DNA of 58,204 nucleotides, filler included, from Circinaria calcarea (Eukaryota): NCBI GenBank assembly GCA_051942165.1. It is 6 parts of 6 records of this genome, joined end to end, with 100 filler letters (N's around TTAATTAATTAA, not from the genome) between each part and the next. Parts side by side here need not be neighbours in the genome. Positions count along the whole stretch, not along the records: positions 38,891 to 48,502 come from JAVECS010000906.1; positions 48,603 to 58,204 come from JAVECS010000907.1; 4 more parts are not named here. One strand, given 5' to 3'. The translations under genes and the position numbers were made by a program. Every line of letters starts with the position of its first letter. Positions within the stretch are counted from its first letter, which is position 1. Positions 38,791 to 50,793 of this stretch are shown one piece after another. Under the pieces are notes generated by a model that had not been told where the DNA came from, ran no database searches, and saw only the letters and a program-made list of their open reading frames with translations.

Positions 38791-38890
38791 NNNNNNNNNN
38801 NNNNNNNNNNNNNNNNNNNNNNNNNNNNNNNNNNTTAATTAATTAANNNNNNNNNNNNNNNNNNNNNNNNNNNNNNNNNNNNNNNNNNNN
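38791..38890. other. Assembly gap with linker
   Basis: N-TTAATTAATTAA-N. Confidence 0.97.
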
Positions 38891-39620
38891 GCTTTGCTTC
38901 GCTGTAGATTTTGTGCTGGGAAGAGGGGAAGAGAGGAAGAGAGGTAAAGGGGAGAGGGGAAATGAACAGCACTAGAGAGATCGGGATGGATTTGGGTGGT
39001 TTCCTTGAAGCGGTGGGATGCTTGCGGTTTGTGCGATGGTGAGGGTGAATGGAAACGTAGGTGATTTCGCTATTCGTGGGCTGTTATACACAAAGGGGGG
39101 AAGACGGGAAGGGAAGGGAAGGAGGAAAAGAAGGAGGGTTCTCCGCATGATGCGTTTCAAGGAGTGTGGGGCCCGAGGTGACCCTAGGGAAAGGCGTGAT
39201 TGGGTGTTAACCGAGTCAACAACACCATACAGAAGATCCATAACTTCAATTACATCCACGATCAAGAAACACACGTGTCCAAGGGGTGACTTGGGATAAT
39301 TGATTCCAACGTAAACCTCATTCCATTACGTACAAAGTCTCGCTAAACTACCGATTCCCTCCCCTTGCTTCCCCACAAGACTGACATTGGGTATTCGTGC
39401 AATTAACAAAACGGCCATGAGAAACGTGAACAAAAAGTATGTGAATGAAGGGTATCTCTGCTTCGGCTTGCTGTAACGCTTCAATCTATACTCGCATTGC
39501 ACAGACGCGCGCAAAGTATTAACAGTTTTGATCCAAGTAGTTCTTTTGGACTCGGAGAAAGAAAAACGATATCAATAGCTAAGCTTAGCATTCCGGGGCG
39601 ATCTCATGGCGAGAGATCGT

Positions 39621-40749
39621 TCACAGGAAAGCAAGAGCTGCAAGACCAGCAAGCCCTCCGAAAGCTGGCACAGTGAAATGGTGAGCAGCAAAGGCAGTGC
39701 TTGATGTAGTAGAGGCTGCTGGTGCGGTACCACTACCGGATGATTGCTCAGACTGAATATCGGTATTAGCCCAAGTATGATAAAATAGATTACAGACATC
39801 AAATATATGGAATACTTACGCCAGTTGCAGTACTTGTGATGGTTGCTCCGGCACTGTCAGTGGTAGTCACTACGGCACCGCTAGAGATGCTTCCAGACTC
39901 GGTGGTGGTGATAGTTGATCCAGCGCTGTCAGTGGTGGTAATGACGTTACCGCCACCAATAACGCCTCCGGTAGCGGTGCTGTTACCGATGAGGGTCTGG
40001 AGGGATGTCACGCCAGAGGAGATGATGGTGATGACGGTCGCACTCTCGTTGGATGCGCCAGTTACAGTGCTGATGACCGAAGCACCGGTTGCGGTCGCGG
40101 TAATGACAGATCCGTTGCTATCAGTTGTGGTAAGGAGGACAACCACGCCGGTAGCCACAGAGCTAGATGATTCCGTGTTGGCGGTTTCATTGCTACCAAC
40201 GGTAGAGGTGACAGTGGTAGCCGCACCACCTGCATCGAGTGTCGTGGTAAATGGACCCCCGGTTGAATCGGTACCCGTACTGATGACCACAGTGCTTGTA
40301 CTTGCCGATTGAGTCGCGGTCACGGTAGCAACACTAGTCGAAGCGGATGCGAGAGCGGCTAAAGAGCAAGTTGGTTTAGTTCCCACCCTATCACCTGTCG
40401 CGATGCAAGATCATGCCTACCTTGGCAGATCGAGCTCCCAAAATTGATCACCGTGGCCCTGTCGTTTTCCGGGCAAGACTCGTTGACGCAGTCGCGAATG
40501 CCGAAGCCGAAGTTGACATTCTGGCACAAGCAGACCACATCGGCTGCGTTGGGGCATCCGAGTTGTGAAGCCTGTCCGAGAAGGTTGCTGATGCAAACGT
40601 TCTGCAACGAAGGTCAACCAGTGAATCTCGTTGATTGCCAGGCAAATGCAAAGCCAATGGGTACTTACACCGCAAGGTGGCAACTGGCTGAGGTCTTGGG
40701 CGACACTCAGGCCAGCAAAGAGCGCAACAACTGCAACGAAGCTTTTCAT
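39621..40749 (-). CDS. CFEM-domain GPI-anchored cell-wall protein
   Basis: Signal peptide MKSFVAVVALFAGLSVA; 8-Cys CFEM pattern (LPPCG|..C..GC..CLC..IRDC...C..C); S/T-rich stalk with TTTDSxG repeats; hydrophobic tail GGLAGLAALAFL*; three introns. Confidence 0.9.
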
Positions 40750-42901
40750 CTTGATCGTTGAGGGACGTTGATCGAGTGATGGAGAAGGCGGAAATGCTTT
40801 GAGGCGTCCGACTTAGGTGGTGAGGAGGGTCGAGTGAAGGTGAAGGAGATGGATACGGGTAAAGGTTGACTTGATGTTGAAACGAAGGAGAGGATGAAGG
40901 GTGAAGGTGAAGGTGAAGAAGAGGAACAAGAAGAAGAAGAAGAAGACGAGGCCGGCGGGTCTTGTTTGTGATTAGCGTGGCAGTAGTGAAATTGGCAACT
41001 GCAAACAAGCCCTCTTAATCCCAAGCTTCACCGGGGCAGCTTCACCATTACGTGCTTGCCCTAATGATAGCAACCATGACGGAATACGGGGGGGCAAGTC
41101 GAGCTTGGGGAAAGAGGAAAAAGTTGGCAAGTTGTCCCGCAAATTCCCCATTCCCACTTTCCAGGTTTCTCCCCAGAGAGCCCCCAGCCCCCCCCCAAAC
41201 AATACGATCTCAGCTCCCTATACTCTATATCTCGAGGGGGTGTGGAGAAGAGCGAGCCGAATGCGCATCTGGTCGCGTAGCACCCGACTGCAGAGGGCAG
41301 GTAGTCTGCATGTCTCTAGCACACTAAGGCCGGTGCCGCCAATGGTAGTGCCTGCTCTGGCACGCTAGTACCTGAATCCAGTGCAATTTCCCCATCAGTC
41401 GCCCACGGTGTGACTGTCTCGTCGCCAGATTTTAGCTCGTTGCCGGTCCTACGGAGGACGGGGCCGGCGGATATCTATGGCAAACCTATCGTGCGTATAT
41501 ACCTTGGCAGGTACACAATGATAATGATCAATGTATTCTTATTAGTAGACATGATGACTCGGCAGCTTTTGTGATGGATTTCCATGAGTTTACGTGTCTC
41601 CCAGCTCTCTGTTCAGTACTGCTCGCCGTATCTCTCTCATCTCGACTCCCAATCTCCGCGCGCAATCAGACTGCGTGCGACATGACGTCGTCCTCCTGTT
41701 CCAGACCGCGGTCCTCTGGCGCGACCAATAGGAGAGTCAATCTGCTCCATTTACATGGGACATCGCTGCCCAGGGGAACAACCACAACCACAAGAACAAC
41801 TTCCGGTCAATCACGTAAAGACGCCAGACACAGAAAGAAGTAAATATTGTATCGACAACACAGTAAAACGTAGTCCTCATAATCTCTTCACCACTTCAAG
41901 ACACCCTACTGCCGTCGCATCTCGACCGCAGATGATCGGACCAACGCGAGTCGGGCCTTCTCCGCAATCGGTCATTATGCAGACTCCGCAGATTTGGCAG
42001 GGATTTCCACCTTTCGCCTGGACCAATCCTTCCATAAGCACCTTAATTTGTCTCCCAGACTCAGACGGCGATAATGTGACCGAATAGATATAATAAGGTT
42101 ACTGCCTGCGATCCTACCAATCGTCATGGTACTTTCGTGCATAGTGCTTTTATATATCATCTATCTTCGACTTCTAAATGTGCCAAAAGAGCTGGACGTG
42201 AGACTTTATCATTATAGCGGCACCAAATCTATTTCAATTTTTCATCTCTTCACAAAGTATACAAAACAAATTACCAAGTAGGGTCGCGATATCTTGTATT
42301 TTCTATCCAGAGCTACCACAACTAAGCTCTAGATATTCCAACCCACTGAGTTGAGATGTCGCTCATCTTCTTATCTACGGAGCTATACCATTGCCATTAA
42401 AAGAACTCTGCGCAGATAGACTTATAAGAGAGTCTCTTTCTAGAGATAGTTTGCGTAGCTGCTTCAGTGGTTTTATTCCCACCCGCTACGTTGCAGATTT
42501 GTTCACTTTGTTAATCCATCCAACTGCCGCTCAAGTGGAACAATGGAGTAATTGCTAGCAGACTGGAGATTAATGTGCAGCAATCAAACTCAGCTTCACA
42601 TTTGTCTCAATTTCACACTACGTGCATTTATCGGCAGTCCGTCTTTTCAAGCCACTGTCCTCAATCTTCAGATCCGGAATAAGTCACCCTCTTTCATCCA
42701 CCAGCTATAAGGTGTTGTGACTGGTAGGTACTGATCCGAGTCTTCTTTTTAACGTGCTGCCATGATCTAAAGCAAAAGATGTAGCGAGCTCGGACAGCAC
42801 GCACTTACGATCACTCGCCCCGCATATCCTTGCCCGGACTTGGACTCTTCTGCGGTAATTCACGCTCATTTTCAACAGACAACGCCACTTTGTCCCGCAT
42901 C

Positions 42902-44218
42902 ATGGTGGTCATTGACGACGTCGAGTTTTACATTGTCTCGACGGGCACTGGTAGCAAGTTTCATGAGTACGACAATCCGGAGCGTGATCAAACCGCGAAC
43001 GAAAATGAGGTTGAGAAATACATCGAAGCAGAGACTAATGTCGAGTTTGGCATTGTGGCCGTTCTCAAGGCTGGATTCAACTATCACAATGCTGACGGGG
43101 TCAATCTCCGCATCGAAATAGATGGAACTCGTCGAGCAGTATACTATCCGAAAAATATGGTAAATATCGAAGCCGAGCGCTTGATCGAGGAAGTCAAATT
43201 GGAACGGAAAACAATGCGCATTATGCATCAAGGAAGCTGTTATACAACGCGCTTCTCGTTCGCATCAGTGACAGTTGGTATGTGAATCACAAACCATAAA
43301 TGTCTAAAGACTCAGATTCTGGTGCTTCTACAGATGAAAACCTTCATACAGACACAAAGACCTTGGGGGAACAGATAAAGACGCTTGGCTCCATCACGGT
43401 AGCGGTACAACGTGTATATAGCAAACGCCTGGAAGAGCCTCAATCATGGGATAGGAGGTTGAAGCACGACGTAGAGGGTCTGGACAAGAAGCTTCTTGTT
43501 AAAAACATAAGTCACTGCTTCCAGTAAGACGGCAAGTTTTTCCTTGAGATATTGCTCCATAGCACTAAGGGAATGGCAGGCCGGTGATGGAAACTAAGCT
43601 CTCGGCACCGCCCGTTGTAAAAAGGACCGAAACGCCCATGGAGGGCCGACACGGCCAACGAAATGGAGTTGTTTATCGATACCGATCTCATTGTAAGCTC
43701 CTGATCGTACCAACAACATGTTTGGCCTTAACTAAGGATGTAAGTGGCCTTACAGTACCTAGGCTGTATTCCAACCACCCCTCCGCCAGCACCAATTTCG
43801 GAACGAGGCCCTGCTGAAATGACAGATGAAGAGAAAGTGAGCGAAATCATTCGAATGCGTGTAAGGTTGCCAACCTTTGAACGTGCTATAGTGGCTAGCT
43901 GACAAATTGACTTAGACAGAGATCTTATCCCAGAGGGAGGAGATTCTACAACTGAAACGAGCCAACCAAAAGCTCAATAGGGAGGCTGATGAAGCCAACC
44001 AGATCAAGGAGAGAATGACCGTCCTGCAAGCGGCTCTGGGTGGCTTGAGTGCCGTAACAATGCCAACTACAGTACCATCGTCCGCAGTGACACCCACCGC
44101 AAGGACTTCTAGTATCAAGAGAGAACGCGTTAAGGTGGAAGGTCAGGACGATGCTGTCGCATTCAAAGATCACCGGGCGAAGAGACCAAAGCCGGTGTAT
44201 GTGGAGTTGGACGATTGA
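42902..44218 (+). CDS. Conserved fungal hypothetical protein (multi-exon, C-terminal coiled coil)
   Basis: FHEYDNP...EKYIEAETNVEFGI...LRIEIDG N-terminal motif, LGSITVAV, YRYRS, ending KRPKPVYVELDD; GT-AG introns link the ORF pieces. Confidence 0.65.
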
Positions 44219-44943
44219 AGCTGGGGCTTCTACATGTGGATATCACAGATTAGCATTCTGGGAGGAATGGTTAAGCGCATGAGCTTTAGCATATGCTACT
44301 GGCACGTGGTGCCTACTAGATTGATTCATATATTTCGGCCTCTTCTCTAACCGCAGTCGGTGAATGATTAAATGCTCACCAAAGGTACCTCGAACACATA
44401 CCCGACTGTGCCTCAACCGCCCCACACCAAAAGACTCCTCCAGAGGAGACCGTACCCCCTTGTTAGCATCCAGCCATCACATCCTGGCCATATATGTCAC
44501 GGGAGTGCACGCATCTGATCATGTGAATAGAATTGATTAAATTCTATCTGTTGCCCCGAAGGCAGGCTTTAAGGCCCAGAGGTCCTTGTGGTGAGCTATC
44601 TAACCAGCTCCTGCTCCTTCGCATGACATATATACCAGACTCTAACGTCTTACTGGGGAGCCTCGATGGGAATACGTCTCCCAAGCTTATACCATCAGAA
44701 CGTACCACAGCAAAACTTATCGGAACCATCTCGCCCTTCTCATGGGAAATCGGTGATCAAATTGCAGAAGTCAGATCCGGAAGATTCTCGCCAAGCTTGC
44801 GCACTAGAGCGGAAGCAAAGGTCCTAATAGCTCTAGAGGATGACTCCGACGTTAAAGTTGATGAGGATTCCAAGGAGTTTTGGTGAGGGGAGGATTCTTG
44901 GTGAAGCCGTTGCAGCGCCAGTAACCACTAGACTACCAAAAGC

Positions 44944-45014
44944 AGCGCCATTAGGATTCGAACCTAATCCTGGTGATTACCCCTCGCCTCATTATGTTTT
45001 TCGCGCGCGGCGCT
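44944..45014 (-). other. Degenerate tRNA-like element / Pol III B-box
   Basis: T-arm TTAGG-TTCGAAT-CCTAA followed by TGGCGCT, which pairs with AGCGCCG 71 nt away. D and anticodon arms are not canonical. Confidence 0.35.
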
Positions 45015-45538
45015 TTCACCTCTTACTGTGGTCGCAGGCATGTTAGCGTGGGTCTCGACCAACTTGGAATACTTAATAAAGGCCGTATAAATTCTTAGAG
45101 AAAGGAGGTGTAATGTAGAGGGTATCTTCCGGTTTATCTTCCAGCTTTCTATACTATGATAAAATCACACTGTCGTTTGGGCTTTTTATGATCATTGAAA
45201 GAGAACTACGCTAACATCTGATATCGTGGTACAGCGCCGCATTCGAAAGGAGGCGCATCGGAGTGCCGGCGCGGGGTTCCGACGTTGCTGGATCAGAGAT
45301 GAAAGGAGGGGTTGGTAGTAATATGGGCACTGGGCTGTAGCCTTTCCCGGACTCGAGTCGTTTCCTCGAGAGCCAAGGTCCATGGTCGACGCTCGCCAAG
45401 GAGATGGAGTGCTCACCCGTCGGCTAAAGTCCTATACTCCATAGATGGCTATACGAATAGTCGATGGTCGCTCGTCCGTTAGGACTGAGTATTTAATAGA
45501 TCCTGAGAGAAATCCCACTGTCATCAATCCCACTTTTC

Positions 45539-45592
45539 TCTGTCTCTCTCTCTCTCTCTCACTCTCTCACTCTCTCACTCTCTCACTCTCTC
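45539..45592. repeat. (CT)n/(CTCTCA)n microsatellite upstream of FDH
   Basis: tctgtctctctctctctctctcactctctcactctctcactctctcactctctct. Confidence 0.9.
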
Positions 45593-45802
45593 TGCTATTT
45601 TTAAGCTCCAATCAAAAGAATTCTGGGGTGAGATGGAACAGCTACCCGACAATTACGTAGCTACCGGGATCGAATGAAGCAGTTCTGCTGTGAATTGACC
45701 CCTCTCCCCCGCCAAGGGCTCTTTATTGGGGGCTCATCGCCGTCCCTCCTTTGCCAATTGAACTTGGGATAAAACACTCCGTTATATCAGCTGCTCCCCA
45801 TC

Positions 45803-47337
45803 ATGGTATTCTCTGCCCGTTCTCTGTCGCGCTTGTCGCGTTCTGCTTCATCTCTGCTTTCTGCCAAACCCGCCACTACCCCGTTACCCCGCCGAACTCG
45901 GCTAAGCGGGGCTCGCTATCTGTCGGCAACATCGTCTCTCCAGGTTCAGCCATATCTACTATCCATTGCGACGCAAACAGCACTGACTTTTTTGACTCTC
46001 AACAGTCCAAAGTCCTTTTGGTTCTCTACGATGGTGGGAAGCATGCCGAGGAAGTCCCAGAACTTCTCGGGACAACCGAAAACGAGCTGGGGATTCGAAA
46101 ATGGCTCGAGGACCAAGGTCATACCTTGGTGACAACCTCCGATAAGGACGGCGAGAACTCCAAATTCGATCAAGAGCTGGTTGACGCCGAGGTTATCATT
46201 ACCACGCCGTGAGTGCCTACTTAATCACTCCTCAATGGGTCCTCCTAGTCGAAGGACTTTGCCTCGCATCTACGGTATCATGGCCAATTGACTGACTGAA
46301 GGTATGCTCTAGCTTTCACCCTGGCTACTTGACAGCAGAACGTCTTGAAAAGGCAAAGAAGCTTAAGATCGCCATCACCGCCGGTATCGGATCTGACCAT
46401 GTTGACCTCGATGCTGCAAACAAGACCAATGGCGGTATCACCGTGGCCGAAGTCACCGGCTCCAACGTTGTCTCCGTTGCTGAACATGTCATCATGACCA
46501 TCTTAACCCTCGTCCGTAACTTTGTGCCGGCACACGAGCAAATCGAAGCTGGAGACTGGAATGTCGCAGCTGTTGCCAAGAACGAATACGATCTCGAGAA
46601 TAAAGTCGTCGGTACCGTTGCTGTCGGGCGGATCGGTGAGCGTGTACTGCGAAGACTCAAGCCGTTCGACTGCAAAGAGCTGTTGTACTTTGACTACCAG
46701 CCCTTGAAGCCAGAGATTGAAAAGGAAATCGGCTGCCGGCGAGTAGATTCATTAGAGGAGATGCTGGGCCAATGCGATGTTGTGACCATCAATTGCCCGC
46801 TCCATGAGAAGACTCGGGGCCTTTTCAACAAGGACTTGATCGCCAAGATGAAGCCAGGTATAACATCGACCTCCCATTTCTTCTACACCTTCACGATCTT
46901 CCTGGTGTTTGCATCACTACTAACTCCTTTTTCCCTTAGGATCCTGGCTCGTCAACACCGCCCGTGGCGCCATCGTCGCCAAGCAAGATGTTGCAGACGC
47001 TCTCGCATCTGGCCAGCTCCGCGGCTACGGCGGTGACGTGTGGTTCCCTCAACCAGCACCACAAGACCATCCCCTCCGCTACGCCAAGAACCCCTTTGGC
47101 GGCGGAAACGCCATGGTCCCGCACATGTCGGGAACGAGCATCGATGCCCAGAAGCGGTACGCGGCCGGCACCAAGGCCATCCTCGAAAGCTACTTTAGCG
47201 GAAAGGAAGACTATCGACAGGAGGATCTGATTGTGCACAAGGGCGACTATGCCACCAAAGCGTACGGACAGAGGGCTGGCGGCCAGGCCGGGAACAAGCC
47301 GAAGCCTACGGACGCCAAGGCCGCGCAAATGGACTGA
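45803..47337 (+). CDS. FDH1: NAD-dependent formate dehydrogenase with N-terminal presequence
   Basis: [84 protein letters not shown]. Introns 45944-46005, ~46209-46311 and ~46858-46939. Confidence 0.95.
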
Positions 47338-47719
47338 TGATGTTTTGGGAGAGTATTTAAAAATAATTCTCCGTAGTTCTCCCATTGGGGGAGATAGATA
47401 GGACGACAACATAGTAGGATACATGTAACCAAAGAAATATATGATTGGCATATTGTATGGATATGGATGGGAAACCAAGAGAAATCAATGCCGCATAAAC
47501 TATCATGGTGAATTGGGGGGGTTTTTCTTTCTCTCTCTCACTCTCATGCTCGTACTCGTGTAGCCTAGAAATATCATACAAGGCCTCACTAGCTTCACTA
47601 GCTATGAATTTATTCATTGGTAAGATCCATCTTACTTCTAATCGTACAAGTAAGTATAAAAAGCTATGAATAGAATAATTTGCTCGGTTCAAAACACACC
47701 CCTAAAATTTCCCTCCCCT

Positions 47720-48170
47720 CCTATCCAGCCATGCATGCATGCATGTATGCCCGAGCAGGAAAGGAAAGCGAAAACTAGAAATTAGAAACTAGAATCTAGG
47801 TCGCTCTTCTCAATACCTAAATCTAGACGTAGACGCGGACCCAGATCCGGACGCAGGTAGGTGGCGCCGGGGGAAGATTTCAAAGATTTTCAAGGAAAAA
47901 GGAAAGAAAGGGAAACCTTCCTTTCACAGGGGCTGGTTTCCGTTCGTCTGTCTGTGGTAGTTTTTTAAAAAAACCCGACAGGCATGAATTGGCTAGCTGT
48001 GCTCAGTGTCCGTTGGTCCGATGCTGGGGGCTTCTACCGACCGGCCGGGACGAATCTGATTCTATTCTTCCGACCGACCGACCGAGCGATAGATAGATAG
48101 ATACCAAGGGGATCGAAATGGCTTGAGTCGAATGGATACGGATATGGATATGAATATGGATATGGGGACT
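47720..48170. repeat. Cluster of simple repeats: (CATG)n, (CCGA)n, (GATA)n, (GGATAT)n
   Basis: Directly visible short tandem arrays. Confidence 0.7.
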
Positions 48171-48502
48171 GAATGCAGAAATCGGGGAATTAGGGATACT
48201 GCGTTTTCCGTCCCTGGCGCCTTTTGCGTCTCCCCGGTTGGTAAGATAGAGATAGGTGCCCGTGCGTGCATGCGCTCTCTGCCCTTGGGAAGTTCCAGTC
48301 CCGGATGGCAATGACGAAGTCGGCTCTGGCTGCCGATATCCCCGCCCTTTATCTAGCTTCCACTCCACTCCCGGAATTTCTTTCCCAAAAAGTACCCTAT
48401 CCTCATCTCGGTCTGGGTCCATTGGGTAACCCTGGCTTTCCTCTTCTTAGACTGTCAGACTGCCCGCTTCCGTCAGTATTCCTAGGCGCATATGCCCCTC
48501 CG

Positions 48503-48602
48503 NNNNNNNNNNNNNNNNNNNNNNNNNNNNNNNNNNNNNNNNNNNNTTAATTAATTAANNNNNNNNNNNNNNNNNNNNNNNNNNNNNNNNNNNNNNNNNN
48601 NN
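48503..48602. other. Assembly gap with linker
   Basis: N-TTAATTAATTAA-N. Confidence 0.97.
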
Positions 48603-49381
48603 GGCATAGGGGATAGGGAATAAGGGAGGAGAGGTCTGACGTAGTGGATAAGGAAGTTTATAGACGGGTAAAGCTACAGCTATGGAAAGGTAGACGGAAT
48701 GCGGCAGGAACTTACTCGGTTCTAGGATGAGAGTGGTGATGAACCATGTTTACTGAGACGGAGCGGGGGCGGGGATTGTGTAAGATCCGTGGTAGGGGCT
48801 TTGGTTGGGGGATGGTTGCGCTAGGTAGGATTGCGTGGATGTAGTATACTGCTTTACATGGAAGCGTTCGAAGGTTAAAGCGGTCGTGGATGTTCTACCA
48901 TGGTTTGGAATCCAATAACTTAGCGTACCAAGACGAGAGTGTGGAGAAACCCATACCGCGAGGGAAGAATGTGAACACCAGGAAAGAATTTACCTGTAAC
49001 AGATTTAAGGTTTGCGAGAACAGAGTCGAAAGAAGGAAAGACTGAATAGGAACGTGGAACAATGTATGAGATCAGGTTAGATTGCGAGTTTCCTGGTTAT
49101 CGCTTTGACTCCATGCGCGTAGATTTAGATATCGCCTACTAGATGGGAGGTCGAAAAGGACCATGGTAGTACGGACAACACGTGAAATAGAGCATAATGA
49201 AGAAAGTTGAAGAAGAGCGTAGTTGCCTCTTCTCCACCGTCAGTCGTGAGGGTGCAATTTCTGTTCAAGTACAGTCCGCTGGTCCAGCCTGTATAGACCC
49301 TCCTTCGAACCCTTCATAGTCCTGATTCCCTTCTTCAAGAACACTTGCGGCGCCCATACCTCTAATCAACTATCCATCACA

Positions 49382-50314
49382 ATGGAAAAAATTCAGACAC
49401 GAGATTTCGCAACAAAAGACTCAATGGAAGACGTATCCCCAACAACCACAGCCGCACCCGAAATTTGCTGGACCTCCTCCTACCAAAGCGATCCCTTCGA
49501 ACCACCCGATAACTCCAAGCAATTCAAAGTAACCTTTGACATACCTCGCTCCGACTCTATCGCCAGCTGGTTTCCAGCGCTAGTGGACTCCAATGAAAGC
49601 CGATCCCACTCCATCGCCAGCACCGCGAGTACGAGTACGAGTACAGCTCCCACGAGTAGAGACAGCTGGAGCTCTCAAGCAGGTGAAAGTAAACAGCTGG
49701 GAGCGATCCGGATAGATACCTATACCGAAAGTCACTATTCGCCCATATCCAGCCGGGCGCAGTCTTTCGCTATAATCCCGAACTCGCCCGCTCCATTTTC
49801 CGGGTACTCGGCGCCAATGAAAGAAGGGCAACCACTGCATGGAATCCTTAAGAAACCGCAGGCCTTCTCGCACGAGTCACTTTCCCCAAAGATTTCGCCT
49901 TCTTTTCTTAATGCCAGCTCGGACCCTGATCATGTCCAATCAGAAACCAGCAAAGGCAAGCAGCCTATGCGGGAATCTGGGGACGACCTCCCAGAGAATG
50001 AGTCGCCCGTCCCGAATCTCTGGGAAATCCCAATCGACAACACATGGGGCCCCGGCTTCCGGCTTGTAAGCCTGCAACTGGGAAGTCTCCTCTGGGAAGC
50101 CCGATTTCACCATCCCAAATTCGGTCACTTTTATGCCGGAGACAATGCGAATCCGCTTCAGAACCCAGAAGTGTTGGCTATTTTGCTGGACCAGAGAGAT
50201 ATACACATGTGGCGGAAGGTGGACCCGCAGATTCGACATCTTTGTCAGGTTTACTGGAAAAATGCGCCTCCGATTAGATATTGGGTGAAGGGCACCACGG
50301 CGTCGAGGGATTAG
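49382..50314 (+). CDS. Hypothetical protein (S/P-rich N-terminus, Trp-rich C-terminal domain)
   Basis: 310-aa ORF with a CACAATG start context; no family recognised. Confidence 0.6.
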   Translation: MEKIQTRDFATKDSMEDVSPTTTAAPEICWTSSYQSDPFEPPDNSKQFKVTFDIPRSDSIASWFPALVDSNESRSHSIASTASTSTSTAPTSRDSWSSQAGESKQLGAIRIDTYTESHYSPISSRAQSFAIIPNSPAPFSGYSAPMKEGQPLHGILKKPQAFSHESLSPKISPSFLNASSDPDHVQSETSKGKQPMRESGDDLPENESPVPNLWEIPIDNTWGPGFRLVSLQLGSLLWEARFHHPKFGHFYAGDNANPLQNPEVLAILLDQRDIHMWRKVDPQIRHLCQVYWKNAPPIRYWVKGTTASRD

Positions 50315-50793
50315 TAGTGCTTATTTCTTTGCGGTTAGCCTTTGTGAAAATACTCAAGAAAATGGATCGGATATCAAGTAACGAGAAGCAGCAAGTAGGA
50401 CTCGTGTCGGGGGTGTTTTGCTGGCTGATAGGGATAGCTTTCAATATCAATATAATCATCTTGTACACAGCAAGTTGAAATGTATTGCCATTATGACTCG
50501 CAAGTCGCAGTGGTAGAGGTAGTAGATGCTCAACTTTAAGCTTTCTTCGGACTCTTGTAAGATGCCGGGAGTGATGCATGCCGGAGTGAGATGTCCTACC
50601 AGTGTGATGGTAAGAGCTGATCCAAAGTTGTCAATGTCGCACTGAAGTAAATACTTCCACTACGCAGTCAGTGTTGAAACTGTCAGCAATTATAGAGCGT
50701 GTACATACCAAATTATGATGGTGCTGTTGGTCTAATGACCTTTGTCCCCACAGCAAAGTAACTTGACTTAAGTTTCTTTGTATTTTCTCTTTA

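Noticed and set aside
40870..40950. GAA/GGTGAA repeats and overlapping ORFs upstream of the CFEM gene
   Set aside because: Ordinary pyrimidine-rich 5' UTR/promoter tract on the coding strand.
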